Source: Paraspadella gotoi (Eukaryota; Animalia; Chaetognatha). Taken from it: 64,000 bases of DNA. The stretch covers positions 13,867,166 through 13,931,165 of the forward strand of contig CM119269.1 of the NCBI GenBank assembly GCA_051294375.1, in the 5' to 3' direction. The notes under the pieces are model-generated. The model was not told where the DNA came from, did not search any database, and was given only the letters and a program-made list of their open reading frames with translations. The translations under genes were made by a program, and so were the position numbers. This document shows, piece after piece, positions 38,253 to 52,400 of the stretch; position 1 is the first letter of the stretch, and each line of letters starts with the position of its first letter.

Positions 38253-39391
38253 CTCACTCGGCGGCGTCGTCTGTAGACGTACTGAAGGTGGCCATCCGAG
38301 GCGGCCGACGGTTCAGCGTGTCCCTTCAGTCTTTTCCAGAAGAATCCGTACATGTTCCACCTGAGAAAAGACAAAAATAGAAAAGACTGTTTGGCTCGGT
38401 GGGTTCCATTTTTTTCTGATCTTCAACTATTTACCAGTAACGTAACAGGTAATTCTACCGTCATCATTTTTCCTACTTTATCAACCCTTCCCCCCTTACC
38501 CTGAACCAAATTATAGCGGTGCTCCTTGACTCACTGGGCAAATAGTCAAATCTTTTTGTCAACCTATTTGTTAGCAATTTTTTTCTTGTTCAATCTTCTA
38601 TTCAACCTACCCTGTTTTAAAGTATCGCAGCTTAGAACGGCATTTCACTTTAACAATAGGTTTTATACCTATCCTACCAGCTAACGGCATGTAACCATAT
38701 ATTTTTCCCACCCACCCTATACCAATCGCGACTTAAACAGTATTGCTCGGTAAAACACTTTCAATTTACCCATATGGTATCACGTTTGATGAGAATTTTT
38801 AGGTTAATCTCATTCCTGCAACATCTGTACCATTATTCGCAACTTGAAACGCATGGGTCTGTTAATTTCATTCCCGCGCACCCTGTACCTGTATCCAGCT
38901 TGAATGAAGCTTTCCGTCAATGTTTTTTCGTCGACCCAATACCAGTAACACGGTTTTTACTGCCCCACTCTACGCGGAATCGCAGCTTAAGTCTGTCTTT
39001 GACCAACTGTTCCGGCCCACCTGTACCACATCACGTTGTTCTGCCTCACCTGTACCGGAATCTCAGCCGAAAGGCACTTTATAATCATACTGTTCTTCGA
39101 AACCCTTACCGGTATTCAGCTTGAACCGGCTCCGGGATCCGTCGTATTCTTTGAGAAAAACGCGATGGTCTCCTTCCCCCGCTCGGGATCTCGTCGGCGT
39201 CGCTGACCAGGAAGAGACTCGTCCGGACGCGTCCTTCATAAGCCTCTTCGCCGACCTCCCACGCCATGAAAGCTCATGTATTCGACGGCGATCCACCCGT
39301 TGTCTCGTCCACCGGTGGAGGGAAGGCGGTCTTTTGGGGGGGAAGGGCGTGGTGTGGCAGTCTCTCTCTCTCTCTTCTCTCCTCTCTCTCT

Positions 39392-39450
<59 letters not shown>

Positions 39451-42400
39451 AGCAGGTTTAAAACCGACCTTATGACCCTCTAACTCTCCGTCTCATTCGC
39501 CCGATATCCCACTCCGCTCCCCATCCCCCCAAAAACCTGCATCCACGTGAGGATCTTTCCGACGAGGGTGGAGAATCCTCCCCTCCTCCTCATCTCCGTG
39601 AGGATCTCAGAGGCTTCCGAGGCTCCGTAGTTGTGAGAAGGTTGGACCTCGGCGAGGGACGAAGAACATCGACGGACCTCGTTGGGCTTCGCGGAGGCGA
39701 ATCTCGGTCAGGGTCGAACTCCGTGGTTGACGTCACGCGTAGATGATCCGACGATACGCAGGGACGCGCAGGAGAACGGGGCGCGGATCAGCGCGAAGTG
39801 GAGGCGGCGGGGACGCCCGCAGTCGAGGCCGAGAAGCCGGGGAGGCAGTTGCAGACGCGTGTAGGGATAGGGGGTCTGAGAAAGTTGGAGAGTGAAGATG
39901 GAGTAAGAGAAAAATGGTAATATACCATCTAGGATAAAGTATATCACATTTTTTTATTAGAAGGACACATCTACTCAAAACTTGTTTGATTTTGAAAAAA
40001 ATTAGGAATATTTCCCAATCTAATTACTAAAATATTTTATATTATTTATACTATATTTTTTACTGTTTTGTTATTTTTTATTGAATAAATAAATTTTCAC
40101 AATTAATGTGATATACTTTTTTCCTAAATAGTAATGGAATAAATGGTATGAAATGGAAAGTGTAAACGAAATGGAAATTGTAATGAAATGGTATTGAATG
40201 GAAATGAAATGGAAAGAGAAGGGAAAAGTAAGGGAAAGTAATAGGATTAAAAGTGAACGCGTAAAAGGGAAAAGGGTAAAAAGGGTTAAAAGGGTTTAAA
40301 AGGGTTGATTGGACGAGAGGGAAATATATTTTTTGTTACGGTTTTATTTTAAATTTTTGTTTAATTTTAACTTTAATGCATGAAACATTTCTTCAACTAT
40401 TAAATAAAATTAAAGTTAAGTGTCGAAAAACTTTATAAAACCAACCTGCTAGAATTAAGCTCCGTCTTGGTTTTCTCTGCCCTTACTCTCGCGGGATCAA
40501 GGCTGTAATTCTTCGGTTGAGATTCGAGACTCCGTCCTGCTTTTTTCAGTCCCTGCCGCCGCTGCCCCTGCCGCCACGCTCCTGTCGCTCCACCGCTTCT
40601 TCAATTCTTTTCCCGCCGCCCTCGCCGCTTCCGTCACCCCCGCCGCCGCCTCCTGCGACCCCGATCACGCCCTTCGTCCACCCCCGCGCCCGTCCTTAGC
40701 CTCTCGCACCACCGGCTCCGCTTACGACTCCGTCCACGGAAACCGTGACGTTCTCCTCGAAAGTCTTTAAAGTTAGACGGCGTCTTCGTCTGGCCGAAGA
40801 AGAAGGCGCCGAAAGGGGCGTGGCCCGCGCGTTGGCGGCGACGAAGCACGGCGTGGCGGAGAAGGCGGCGTCATCGGCCGGCGAAAGGGGCGGAAGCGAC
40901 GCCGGGTTTAGCGGAGAGGACGGGTTCGGAGGCGCGCGCGGAATCGGAAGCGGCCGTTCGTTTCCATTCCGGCGACGCAAGAACGGCGAATCCGTGTCGT
41001 CCTCTTCTTCCTCTCCTTCTGTTGATGGTGTATTGTGTCGTCTTCGTCGTCCCCGTCGTCGTTCGCTCTCGTGGTTAGCTGGAAAGGTGGGGGGGCAATA
41101 GAAGGAAGGAAGGAAGAGGAAGGAAGGATAGGAAGGAAGGAAGGAAGGAAGGAAGGAGGAAGGAAGGGAAGGAAGAGAAGGAAGGAAGAAAAGGAGGAAA
41201 AGAAGAAGAAAGAAAGAAAGGAAAAATGAGAGAAGATCGAGCTTTTACCCCAGATCTTTTCGCTGACCAAAATATAACGGACCTAAAATTAGTTTTTGAC
41301 CACTTTCTTTTACTTCTTTCAATCACATTTTTTCTTTGGACCATTTTCCTCACTTTTCTAATCATTTACTGACCATTTCTTTAACCTTACCCACTGACCC
41401 TTGTCCCTGACAAAATTGACCATTTTTCACGGAGTTTCCTCTGACTTTTTTCAACTGACCTGCCTTCTCGTGACCATTTCACTGACCTCTCTACTGACTT
41501 TTCTCCACTGACATTTCCTAGCTGACATTCCATTAAAATTTCCCACAGGACCTTTTTCTTATGACTTTTCTCAATAACCGTTCACTACCTTTTCCACTGA
41601 CCTTTGACCTCTCGCATCATATCCCATCTCTTGTGCGGACGACAGACGAGATTGAGGCATCGCGATTTGACGCCGATGAAGAAGAATCCCGAGGGTGGAG
41701 AGTCGTCTCGTGTGCATGAACTGTAATCGAAAACAATCATTAAATCAATCATTTATTTAATCAATCAATCAATCAATCAATTTAATCATTAATGAATCGT
41801 CAATAAATTCATTCACCTGATCATTAAATCAGTTATTAAATCAATCTTTCAATATTAAAAATCATCAATCTTTCAATCTTCCAACATTTCAATTAATCAT
41901 TTCTAGCAATCAATCATCTTCATTCAACATTAATTCAATCATTCGGTATCATTGCTTCGATTTAAACACTAATCTTATCTTCGTGAGCGTTCACCTTGGT
42001 CGGTCATGTTCCAAGCTTAGCCTCATTCGTTTCAGCGGAAGTTTCGTTCCATTTCGACGCGAGGATTTATGATCTACAAGGTATTAGTAATATTAAGTAT
42101 AAAATGTTTCTATCGTGTGATTAATCAAGTTCTTTAAAACGAAAAGTACATACAAATAAAAAATGATTTTTTTGTTATTACTTGATGACTACGATATTGT
42201 ATTTCTGTGAATTGATATCTGAAACATACATATCTGTGAACTTGTGATAATAAAAGCTCGACGAATAGTTAAGCTGTAATGACTTTATCCTCTTTAAGAA
42301 GACATTAATTGAATAATATGGATTTACAAAATTTGGGGGAAATGAACGTGACTAAAAACCCGTTTTATAAGACAAAACAACTGTTGTTGATATGGATAGC

Positions 42401-45378
42401 GGAACCTTTCCCTCCCTTAAGAAAATACAAAACATTATATTCTCAGTATAAATTTTTGAAATATATTTTTATGTTATGCTGGAAACTTATTTCACTGCTT
42501 AATATTTTTACCCGCCGTCGGGCAAAATGTACTTTGCGACTTGCACTTCTTCTTAATTTGATCAATTTGCACTCAGTTGACTAGTTACCACCTGGAAAAG
42601 AAAAAAAATATTATTTACGTCGTTTTGCGTTTTGTTTTTTTTTTCACGCTGTCAAAGTCATATATGGCATTATTACTATATTTGTCGAATTAAAACGATT
42701 ATTCACCAGATTGCCATAAAAAAGAGAATGGAATCTTTGAGGGAAGAACGCATTCACGTACGAAGTATCACGTGACAGCAGCCACTTCAGTGGCCTCAGG
42801 GAAACCGCAGCGTCAGCGGGTGACGCGGCGACGGGCGCGGACAGAAGATGCTACTCGCGTGCGATGAAGACTTGCACAGTGAGGGGAGTGAGAAACAAAA
42901 AGGTGCAAGCAGATGAAAAAGAAAAGGATAGATGCCTTTTTGATATCTTTTCTAATTTTCAACAAAAAAAATTCCAATCGATTCATTCGAAAAAATAGAA
43001 AAAAAAAATTAAGTAAAGAATAATAACATACAATGAATATTTTTGTTTTTGTGTATTTTTTGTTTTATAATCGAGATTGTTTTTGCTAAGAAAAACTTTC
43101 AACGTTAATTATGATAAACATGTTATAAATTTGTTTAAAACAAATTTGGAAAATTTCACCCATTTCCACCTTTAAAATATTAAATAAATAAATGAAAATA
43201 AATGAATTCTTTTAAGCATTTTATCCCGCCCTTTTAACTTATAGCTTGCAGTTTTAAAACTTGACATTTAAATTTATATCTCTTCAAGTTTTGAAGTTCA
43301 ATCGCAAAAGGATAATTCTTCTATGCTCCTTTGTTAAATAAGAGCGTTTTTTCAGAATATTGTGTGACACTACGACCGATTCTGGCAACCATACTTGAAT
43401 TGAGTCTTCTGTTTAAATGATTATGTCTCAAAATGCGTTATTGATTCATTCGTCGAATTATTCTTAAATTTTTTGATGAAATCTTCAGCTTAAAAAGAAG
43501 TTTTAAGAAATTTAAATCACTTTATAGATATCGCTCGTAAAATTTTTAAATTGACATAAATTAATAAAGTTTGGAATAAAATGACTAAAATGGTGAGAAA
43601 CCGGGATTTTGATATCTTCCGTTCACACCGCGGTATTAAAGTCTATCAAGTAAATCCGGATACATTAATTAACCTGCATAATAAATAAATGAGACCTGTT
43701 ATTAAAATATACTCTTTGACAGGTTTGGAAAGTACCAAGCTTGAACAGGTCGTGAAGGCCCTCGCAATACGACATCAGACCATCCGTCAGATAGCAAACT
43801 TGGGGTTTCGTCAGAGTGATTTCGTAGATCTTTTAAATGTTAATAATCGATAGAGTATCTACTGATTTGCGTATTTGATCGATTTGATTCGATTAGATTG
43901 AGTGATGTGATCCTGTCTTTATTATCCTAAAATCAATAGGCTTACTAGCAATGAAAAAGCGCAATGGGCCTGCCGAAGAACGATACAAAACGATTAACAT
44001 TGGCAACTGTCCACTTACAGGCAATTTAATACAAATGAAAAAAATCACTGTACTGAAATAATACAAATTAATAATATTTACTCGATGTTGAATTAAACTT
44101 ATTAAGCTTCTCCGACCCCTGCCGGTCAAATTCACGGTTCTCGCCCCCCTTATTTCGACAGGGAGTCCTACTGCCTCCGCGACGCTTCCCCTTCTCCCCG
44201 CCCGTTGCTGTTCCCTTCGAAGCCTTACGTCATGCATGTCCATCATCGACGGAGAGCGATACGATGAAGAAGCCGCCGAGGGGACCGCCTTGCGCGCCCA
44301 ATAGGTAGAAGAGATGGGATGTGGGGACAGAGATTGACCTTATGGGCTTGTTAGAAGTGGTCACTGCGTCAAGGTTAGGTCTCAGAGGTTAGTGTTAAGT
44401 GTTGCCGACGTTTAGAGAAGTCAGGTTCGTTAAGATTTACGCTTTTTGAGGATAAGGGTGTCAAGGATTTAGGCTTTTTCAGTTACGAGTCAGCGAGTTA
44501 AGTTGACGAGTGTGCGAGTTTAGAGTTTTAAGTTGACTATGCGAGTGCATGGTCAGATCAGTGTGTTAAGGTTAAACGCAAGGTTCGAGCTATAGTTCAG
44601 TGGGTTAAAGGATCGAGACTAGGAGTTAGGCCAGGAGGGAATAGTAATTGATTAGTGGTTCCGAATCGTTACACTCCACAAAACCCATCCCCCCACGACA
44701 ACCCCCTTACAATACAGGTTGATCCCCGAGCGTCGCCCCCGACACCCAACTCGACTCTCTGCTCTCTCGAGGACATCACGGATCCATTCGATCCGCCCGG
44801 CGCCTTCAGGATCGGCGAGGACGATCGCAGCGTCAGACGTATCAGGACCGGCAGGAGCGGCGCAGCCCGAATCTCGGATGAGGAGAGGAGGAAGGAGCGG
44901 AGGAGGAAGAGTGAGGGAGAATGTGGGGAGGAAAGCAACTGTGGAGGAGAGACGAGGCAGTGGCGTTGCTTAAAGACTGTAGGAATATCGGCCGGTGGTT
45001 TGTGGACTGTTGATATATTTTTCGTGAATTTTGGAAAAGGAACGATTGCGTTCAACTGGTAATGCTTCGTATAATCGGAGAATCACTCTGGGTTTTTTTT
45101 TCAAAATCTGGATTGTAGCAACGAAGAAAGGATTATAGATTCTAAATTAGAATTTCGATTTTTTTAAAACGATCCAAATCGAATGTATTTTTTTTGTATG
45201 TGTAATAAATTAGTTAGTAATATAACAAAAATTGTTTTAGATTCATTAGATCTTCATTTTTTAGATTATTTATCTTTGTCGTCTTGTGGTCAATCGTTAT
45301 GGTTCTTTGACTAATCTGTGATTCTCGTTCGTGTTGACCAAAAAGGAAGGGCCTATTCTACTCTCCAAAAGAAATTAG

Positions 45379-45461
<83 letters not shown>

Positions 45462-46159
45462 TCTCTGCCAAGATCACGGGTTTCAAATGCGCAAAATCAT
45501 TTGCTGAGAACTTTGACTGATGATGAAAGTGTCTCACCTTTTTTCCCCTTTCTTATCATTTCGGATATATTTGCCATAGACTGTTCGTAGTTTTGTTTAG
45601 TTTCAGTTGGTTAAACTTTTTTTCATTTCATCGATTTCCTCACCAGTCTTTCCTGTTCAAGCTTCATCCTTTTTTCCTCGCCTTTCCTTTTTTCCTCTCT
45701 CATTCTTTCTCCACCTCCTGTCCTCTCTCTTAATTCCTCTCTACTACCTCCTCTTCCTCCCTTCCCCTCTCTCTGTTTTTTTTAATCATCTTCCCTCGAT
45801 CCTTTTCCTCATTTTCCTCGTTCCTCCTCCTTCTTCCTCTCCCTTCTCCTCCTTCCTCTCCGATCTGGCACTCTCCTCTTCCCTCTCTTACTTGCGTCGC
45901 GTTTTTGACGTTCGTTCGATTTTCTCTTTATTGTTTTATGAGAAAAGATGATCGGAATCGAGCGGCGTCGCGCTTCGAAACCGGCCGTCCGCGCTTCGGA
46001 AACCGGCGTCGTGTCTCCATCCGGACGCCGCCGTTCTTCGTTTGCGCGCGAGATCTCGATACGGCGCCATCTCCGATGCTCCCTTTTTGTTACATTCTTT
46101 TTTTTTATGTTGCCTTCATTTTTTCCCGCGACGGAATAGATTCTCTTTCCAAGCGTTTG

Positions 46160-46196
<37 letters not shown>

Positions 46197-47889
46197 GCTC
46201 TCTCGTCTCTCTCTTCTCTTCTCTCTCTTCTCCCTCCTCCCCCCTCTTCTCCCTCCGTCTCGTCTCTTCTCCCCCTCTTTTCTCCTGCAATCCCCAAATG
46301 GCTCTCCACGGCCAGCCGTCGCTGCGCCCCTCGGGAATTCCTGTCTCACAAAACTCATCAAGAAGGAACAGGAGGCAGAAGAGACGTCTTACGTCTCCGT
46401 CTCTTATCACAGTCTGATCAACCGACGCTAATCACGTGATTCAACCGGTCTTAAATCACGATGGATCGACTCCGCTTATTCCTGAGATCTCCTTTGCCTA
46501 AAATCCACTCTATATCACGGCATCACAAACCTTCTGATACATGATATTCTAAACCGGCGTTCGAATCTTGCTTCCGCTTGTTTCACGATCGTAACCGTTT
46601 AATCGTGTGATCTTCTTCTTTGTTCACGCGATCCATCATCGTCTCATCGCGTATAAGTTTTCGCCTCAAATCGCCCGTGACCTCTTCTCCGGTCTTGAAA
46701 ATGTGAGCGTTCGTTGACTTAATCTCGTAAATGTGATCGCGTAATCACACGTCAATTTTAATCTTTACGGAGAGAAAGAGAGAGAGAGAGGAGACGAGAA
46801 GAGAGAGAGGAGAGGGGGGGAGAGGGGCGAGGGGTAATGAGAGAGAGAGAGAGTAGGAGGACGGAACGAACGACTAGTGAAGCGAGGAGACGAGCAGAGA
46901 CCGATCGACGACGAGGGCAGGGGAAGAAGAGAGCGGGTGAGATGAGAGAGAGAGATATTACAGTTTACCGTATACTGTTACCACACGACTTTAAAAACAC
47001 AACCAAGACGAACGCACATCGCTTCTCCACAACCGACCGCATTAATTTTCCCTTTTTCTCGCCCCCCGGTCGCCCCCCCTCCCCTTTACCCAATCACCGT
47101 CACCTGCTCCTCGTAAATCAGCGCCACCTAAATACTAGTGAGGCCGGTTAACTATGGCAAACCAGGGAATTCGATTGCGCCCTAAAACGCAAAGGCTTTT
47201 TTCTTCTCTTCTTTCCTCTTCCTCTTCCCTTCCTTCCATTTTTCCTCTTCTCTTTCCTTTCTTCCGTTTTCCTCTTCCTCATTCTTCTTCCTCCGCTTTT
47301 TTTTTATTTCTAGTTTTAGAATAACTTTTTTTAGAGTTTTACCAATTTGTATTTTTTATAAGTCTCTTCTAATTATTTCCTACTATACAAATTTATTAAA
47401 CCATTGGTGTTGAGCAGTAGCTATTAAAGCTAGGCTGGACTGCCAATTTGCTTTCACGCACTTATCTCTACATTCTGCTCGTAAAAAAAAAAAATCAGTA
47501 TTTAAAATTAAATCGACATCGAAAATCTTACTCATTTGGAAAACACTTCAAGATTACAGCCTTTGCTTTTACAAGTACGCCAATAAAAACAAACAGTTTG
47601 CAGTACAAAACAAAGTCCAAGACAATGTTTATGTGCAGCTGTTTCCACTGCAGTTGATTGTTCGGAGATTACCAATGGCAACCGAACGGGCGACGGGCAG
47701 AGTGCGACCCGGACGATGGGTCGGGGACGACCCGCTGTATCCGAAATCGCCATCCTGTAACCAAGGGAGTGATTTGGCCATGTCATCACAGAGAAACCGA
47801 TTGAAGATTACTCTGAAATGGGGAGAGAGAGAGAAGAAGAGGGACGAGTGGAGATAAGAGAGAGAAGAATAGAGAGGAGAGAGATGAAA

Positions 47890-47933
<44 letters not shown>

Positions 47934-48185
47934 GGAGAGTGCCTCGGCGACAGCGATGGAACACCGACCGCCCGTCTCTCCTCTTTTCTCCCTTCTCTAC
48001 GCGGAGAGAGCGATGGAACCGCAACGCTCGAGTTCCATCGCTGTCGCCGAAAGCTTTTAGTCGGTTCCATTTGTTTTGACAACCAAAACGAGGGGAGGAG
48101 GGGGAAGAATTAATGCCAGCCACCGAAAGCGGGGCGAGAGGCGAGGCTCAGTCACCCTCAGATTTCTTGAAATAACATCAACACC
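38253..48185 (+). repeat. Indel-rich copy B of 28740-38227 plus extension (frameshifted, 3'-truncated MGAT3 and neighbour)
   Basis: Starts after a short N spacer with sequence matching 28740, is colinear throughout, and has scattered 1-2-nt indels in exons and introns alike. Confidence 0.9.
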
Positions 48186-48210
48186 NNNNNNNNNNNNNNN
48201 NNNNNNNNNN

Positions 48211-49349
48211 CTCACTCGGCGGCGTCGTCTGTAGACGTACTGAAGGTGGCCATCCGAGGCGGCCGACGGTTCAGCGTGTCCCTTCAGTCTTTTCCAGAAG
48301 AATCCGTACATGTTCCACCTGAGAAAAGACAAAAATAGAAAAGACTGTTTGGCTCGGTGGGTTCCATTTTTTTCTGATCTTCAACTATTTACCAGTAACG
48401 TAACAGGTAATTCTACCGTCATCATTTTTCCTACTTTATCAACCCTTCCCCCCTTACCCTGAACCAAATTATAGCGGTGCTCCTTGACTCACTGGGCAAA
48501 TAGTCAAATCTTTTTGTCAACCTATTTGTTAGCAATTTTTTTCTTGTTCAATCTTCTATTCAACCTACCCTGTTTTAAAGTATCGCAGCTTAGAACGGCA
48601 TTTCACTTTAACAATAGGTTTTATACCTATCCTACCAGCTAACGGCATGTAACCATATATTTTTCCCACCCACCCTATACCAATCGCGACTTAAACAGTA
48701 TTGCTCGGTAAAACACTTTCAATTTACCCATATGGTATCACGTTTGATGAGAATTTTTAGGTTAATCTCATTCCTGCAACATCTGTACCATTATTCGCAA
48801 CTTGAAACGCATGGGTCTGTTAATTTCATTCCCGCGCACCCTGTACCTGTATCCAGCTTGAATGAAGCTTTCCGTCAATGTTTTTTCGTCGACCCAATAC
48901 CAGTAACACGGTTTTTACTGCCCCACTCTACGCGGAATCGCAGCTTAAGTCTGTCTTTGACCAACTGTTCCGGCCCACCTGTACCACATCACGTTGTTCT
49001 GCCTCACCTGTACCGGAATCTCAGCCGAAAGGCACTTTATAATCATACTGTTCTTCGAAACCCTTACCGGTATTCAGCTTGAACCGGCTCCGGGATCCGT
49101 CGTATTCTTTGAGAAAAACGCGATGGTCTCCTTCCCCCGCTCGGGATCTCGTCGGCGTCGCTGACCAGGAAGAGACTCGTCCGGACGCGTCCTTCATAAG
49201 CCTCTTCGCCGACCTCCCACGCCATGAAAGCTCATGTATTCGACGGCGATCCACCCGTTGTCTCGTCCACCGGTGGAGGGAAGGCGGTCTTTTGGGGGGG
49301 AAGGGCGTGGTGTGGCAGTCTCTCTCTCTCTCTTCTCTCCTCTCTCTCT

Positions 49350-49408
<59 letters not shown>

Positions 49409-52400
49409 AGCAGGTTTAAAACCGACCTTATGACCCTCTAACTCTCCGTCTCATTCGCCCGATATCCCACTCCGCTCCCCATCCCCCCAAAAACCTGCAT
49501 CCACGTGAGGATCTTTCCGACGAGGGTGGAGAATCCTCCCCTCCTCCTCATCTCCGTGAGGATCTCAGAGGCTTCCGAGGCTCCGTAGTTGTGAGAAGGT
49601 TGGACCTCGGCGAGGGACGAAGAACATCGACGGACCTCGTTGGGCTTCGCGGAGGCGAATCTCGGTCAGGGTCGAACTCCGTGGTTGACGTCACGCGTAG
49701 ATGATCCGACGATACGCAGGGACGCGCAGGAGAACGGGGCGCGGATCAGCGCGAAGTGGAGGCGGCGGGGACGCCCGCAGTCGAGGCCGAGAAGCCGGGG
49801 AGGCAGTTGCAGACGCGTGTAGGGATAGGGGGTCTGAGAAAGTTGGAGAGTGAAGATGGAGTAAGAGAAAAATGGTAATATACCATCTAGGATAAAGTAT
49901 ATCACATTTTTTTATTAGAAGGACACATCTACTCAAAACTTGTTTGATTTTGAAAAAAATTAGGAATATTTCCCAATCTAATTACTAAAATATTTTATAT
50001 TATTTATACTATATTTTTTACTGTTTTGTTATTTTTTATTGAATAAATAAATTTTCACAATTAATGTGATATACTTTTTTCCTAAATAGTAATGGAATAA
50101 ATGGTATGAAATGGAAAGTGTAAACGAAATGGAAATTGTAATGAAATGGTATTGAATGGAAATGAAATGGAAAGAGAAGGGAAAAGTAAGGGAAAGTAAT
50201 AGGATTAAAAGTGAACGCGTAAAAGGGAAAAGGGTAAAAAGGGTTAAAAGGGTTTAAAAGGGTTGATTGGACGAGAGGGAAATATATTTTTTGTTACGGT
50301 TTTATTTTAAATTTTTGTTTAATTTTAACTTTAATGCATGAAACATTTCTTCAACTATTAAATAAAATTAAAGTTAAGTGTCGAAAAACTTTATAAAACC
50401 AACCTGCTAGAATTAAGCTCCGTCTTGGTTTTCTCTGCCCTTACTCTCGCGGGATCAAGGCTGTAATTCTTCGGTTGAGATTCGAGACTCCGTCCTGCTT
50501 TTTTCAGTCCCTGCCGCCGCTGCCCCTGCCGCCACGCTCCTGTCGCTCCACCGCTTCTTCAATTCTTTTCCCGCCGCCCTCGCCGCTTCCGTCACCCCCG
50601 CCGCCGCCTCCTGCGACCCCGATCACGCCCTTCGTCCACCCCCGCGCCCGTCCTTAGCCTCTCGCACCACCGGCTCCGCTTACGACTCCGTCCACGGAAA
50701 CCGTGACGTTCTCCTCGAAAGTCTTTAAAGTTAGACGGCGTCTTCGTCTGGCCGAAGAAGAAGGCGCCGAAAGGGGCGTGGCCCGCGCGTTGGCGGCGAC
50801 GAAGCACGGCGTGGCGGAGAAGGCGGCGTCATCGGCCGGCGAAAGGGGCGGAAGCGACGCCGGGTTTAGCGGAGAGGACGGGTTCGGAGGCGCGCGCGGA
50901 ATCGGAAGCGGCCGTTCGTTTCCATTCCGGCGACGCAAGAACGGCGAATCCGTGTCGTCCTCTTCTTCCTCTCCTTCTGTTGATGGTGTATTGTGTCGTC
51001 TTCGTCGTCCCCGTCGTCGTTCGCTCTCGTGGTTAGCTGGAAAGGTGGGGGGGCAATAGAAGGAAGGAAGGAAGAGGAAGGAAGGATAGGAAGGAAGGAA
51101 GGAAGGAAGGAAGGAGGAAGGAAGGGAAGGAAGAGAAGGAAGGAAGAAAAGGAGGAAAAGAAGAAGAAAGAAAGAAAGGAAAAATGAGAGAAGATCGAGC
51201 TTTTACCCCAGATCTTTTCGCTGACCAAAATATAACGGACCTAAAATTAGTTTTTGACCACTTTCTTTTACTTCTTTCAATCACATTTTTTCTTTGGACC
51301 ATTTTCCTCACTTTTCTAATCATTTACTGACCATTTCTTTAACCTTACCCACTGACCCTTGTCCCTGACAAAATTGACCATTTTTCACGGAGTTTCCTCT
51401 GACTTTTTTCAACTGACCTGCCTTCTCGTGACCATTTCACTGACCTCTCTACTGACTTTTCTCCACTGACATTTCCTAGCTGACATTCCATTAAAATTTC
51501 CCACAGGACCTTTTTCTTATGACTTTTCTCAATAACCGTTCACTACCTTTTCCACTGACCTTTGACCTCTCGCATCATATCCCATCTCTTGTGCGGACGA
51601 CAGACGAGATTGAGGCATCGCGATTTGACGCCGATGAAGAAGAATCCCGAGGGTGGAGAGTCGTCTCGTGTGCATGAACTGTAATCGAAAACAATCATTA
51701 AATCAATCATTTATTTAATCAATCAATCAATCAATCAATTTAATCATTAATGAATCGTCAATAAATTCATTCACCTGATCATTAAATCAGTTATTAAATC
51801 AATCTTTCAATATTAAAAATCATCAATCTTTCAATCTTCCAACATTTCAATTAATCATTTCTAGCAATCAATCATCTTCATTCAACATTAATTCAATCAT
51901 TCGGTATCATTGCTTCGATTTAAACACTAATCTTATCTTCGTGAGCGTTCACCTTGGTCGGTCATGTTCCAAGCTTAGCCTCATTCGTTTCAGCGGAAGT
52001 TTCGTTCCATTTCGACGCGAGGATTTATGATCTACAAGGTATTAGTAATATTAAGTATAAAATGTTTCTATCGTGTGATTAATCAAGTTCTTTAAAACGA
52101 AAAGTACATACAAATAAAAAATGATTTTTTTGTTATTACTTGATGACTACGATATTGTATTTCTGTGAATTGATATCTGAAACATACATATCTGTGAACT
52201 TGTGATAATAAAAGCTCGACGAATAGTTAAGCTGTAATGACTTTATCCTCTTTAAGAAGACATTAATTGAATAATATGGATTTACAAAATTTGGGGGAAA
52301 TGAACGTGACTAAAAACCCGTTTTATAAGACAAAACAACTGTTGTTGATATGGATAGCGGAACCTTTCCCTCCCTTAAGAAAATACAAAACATTATATTC

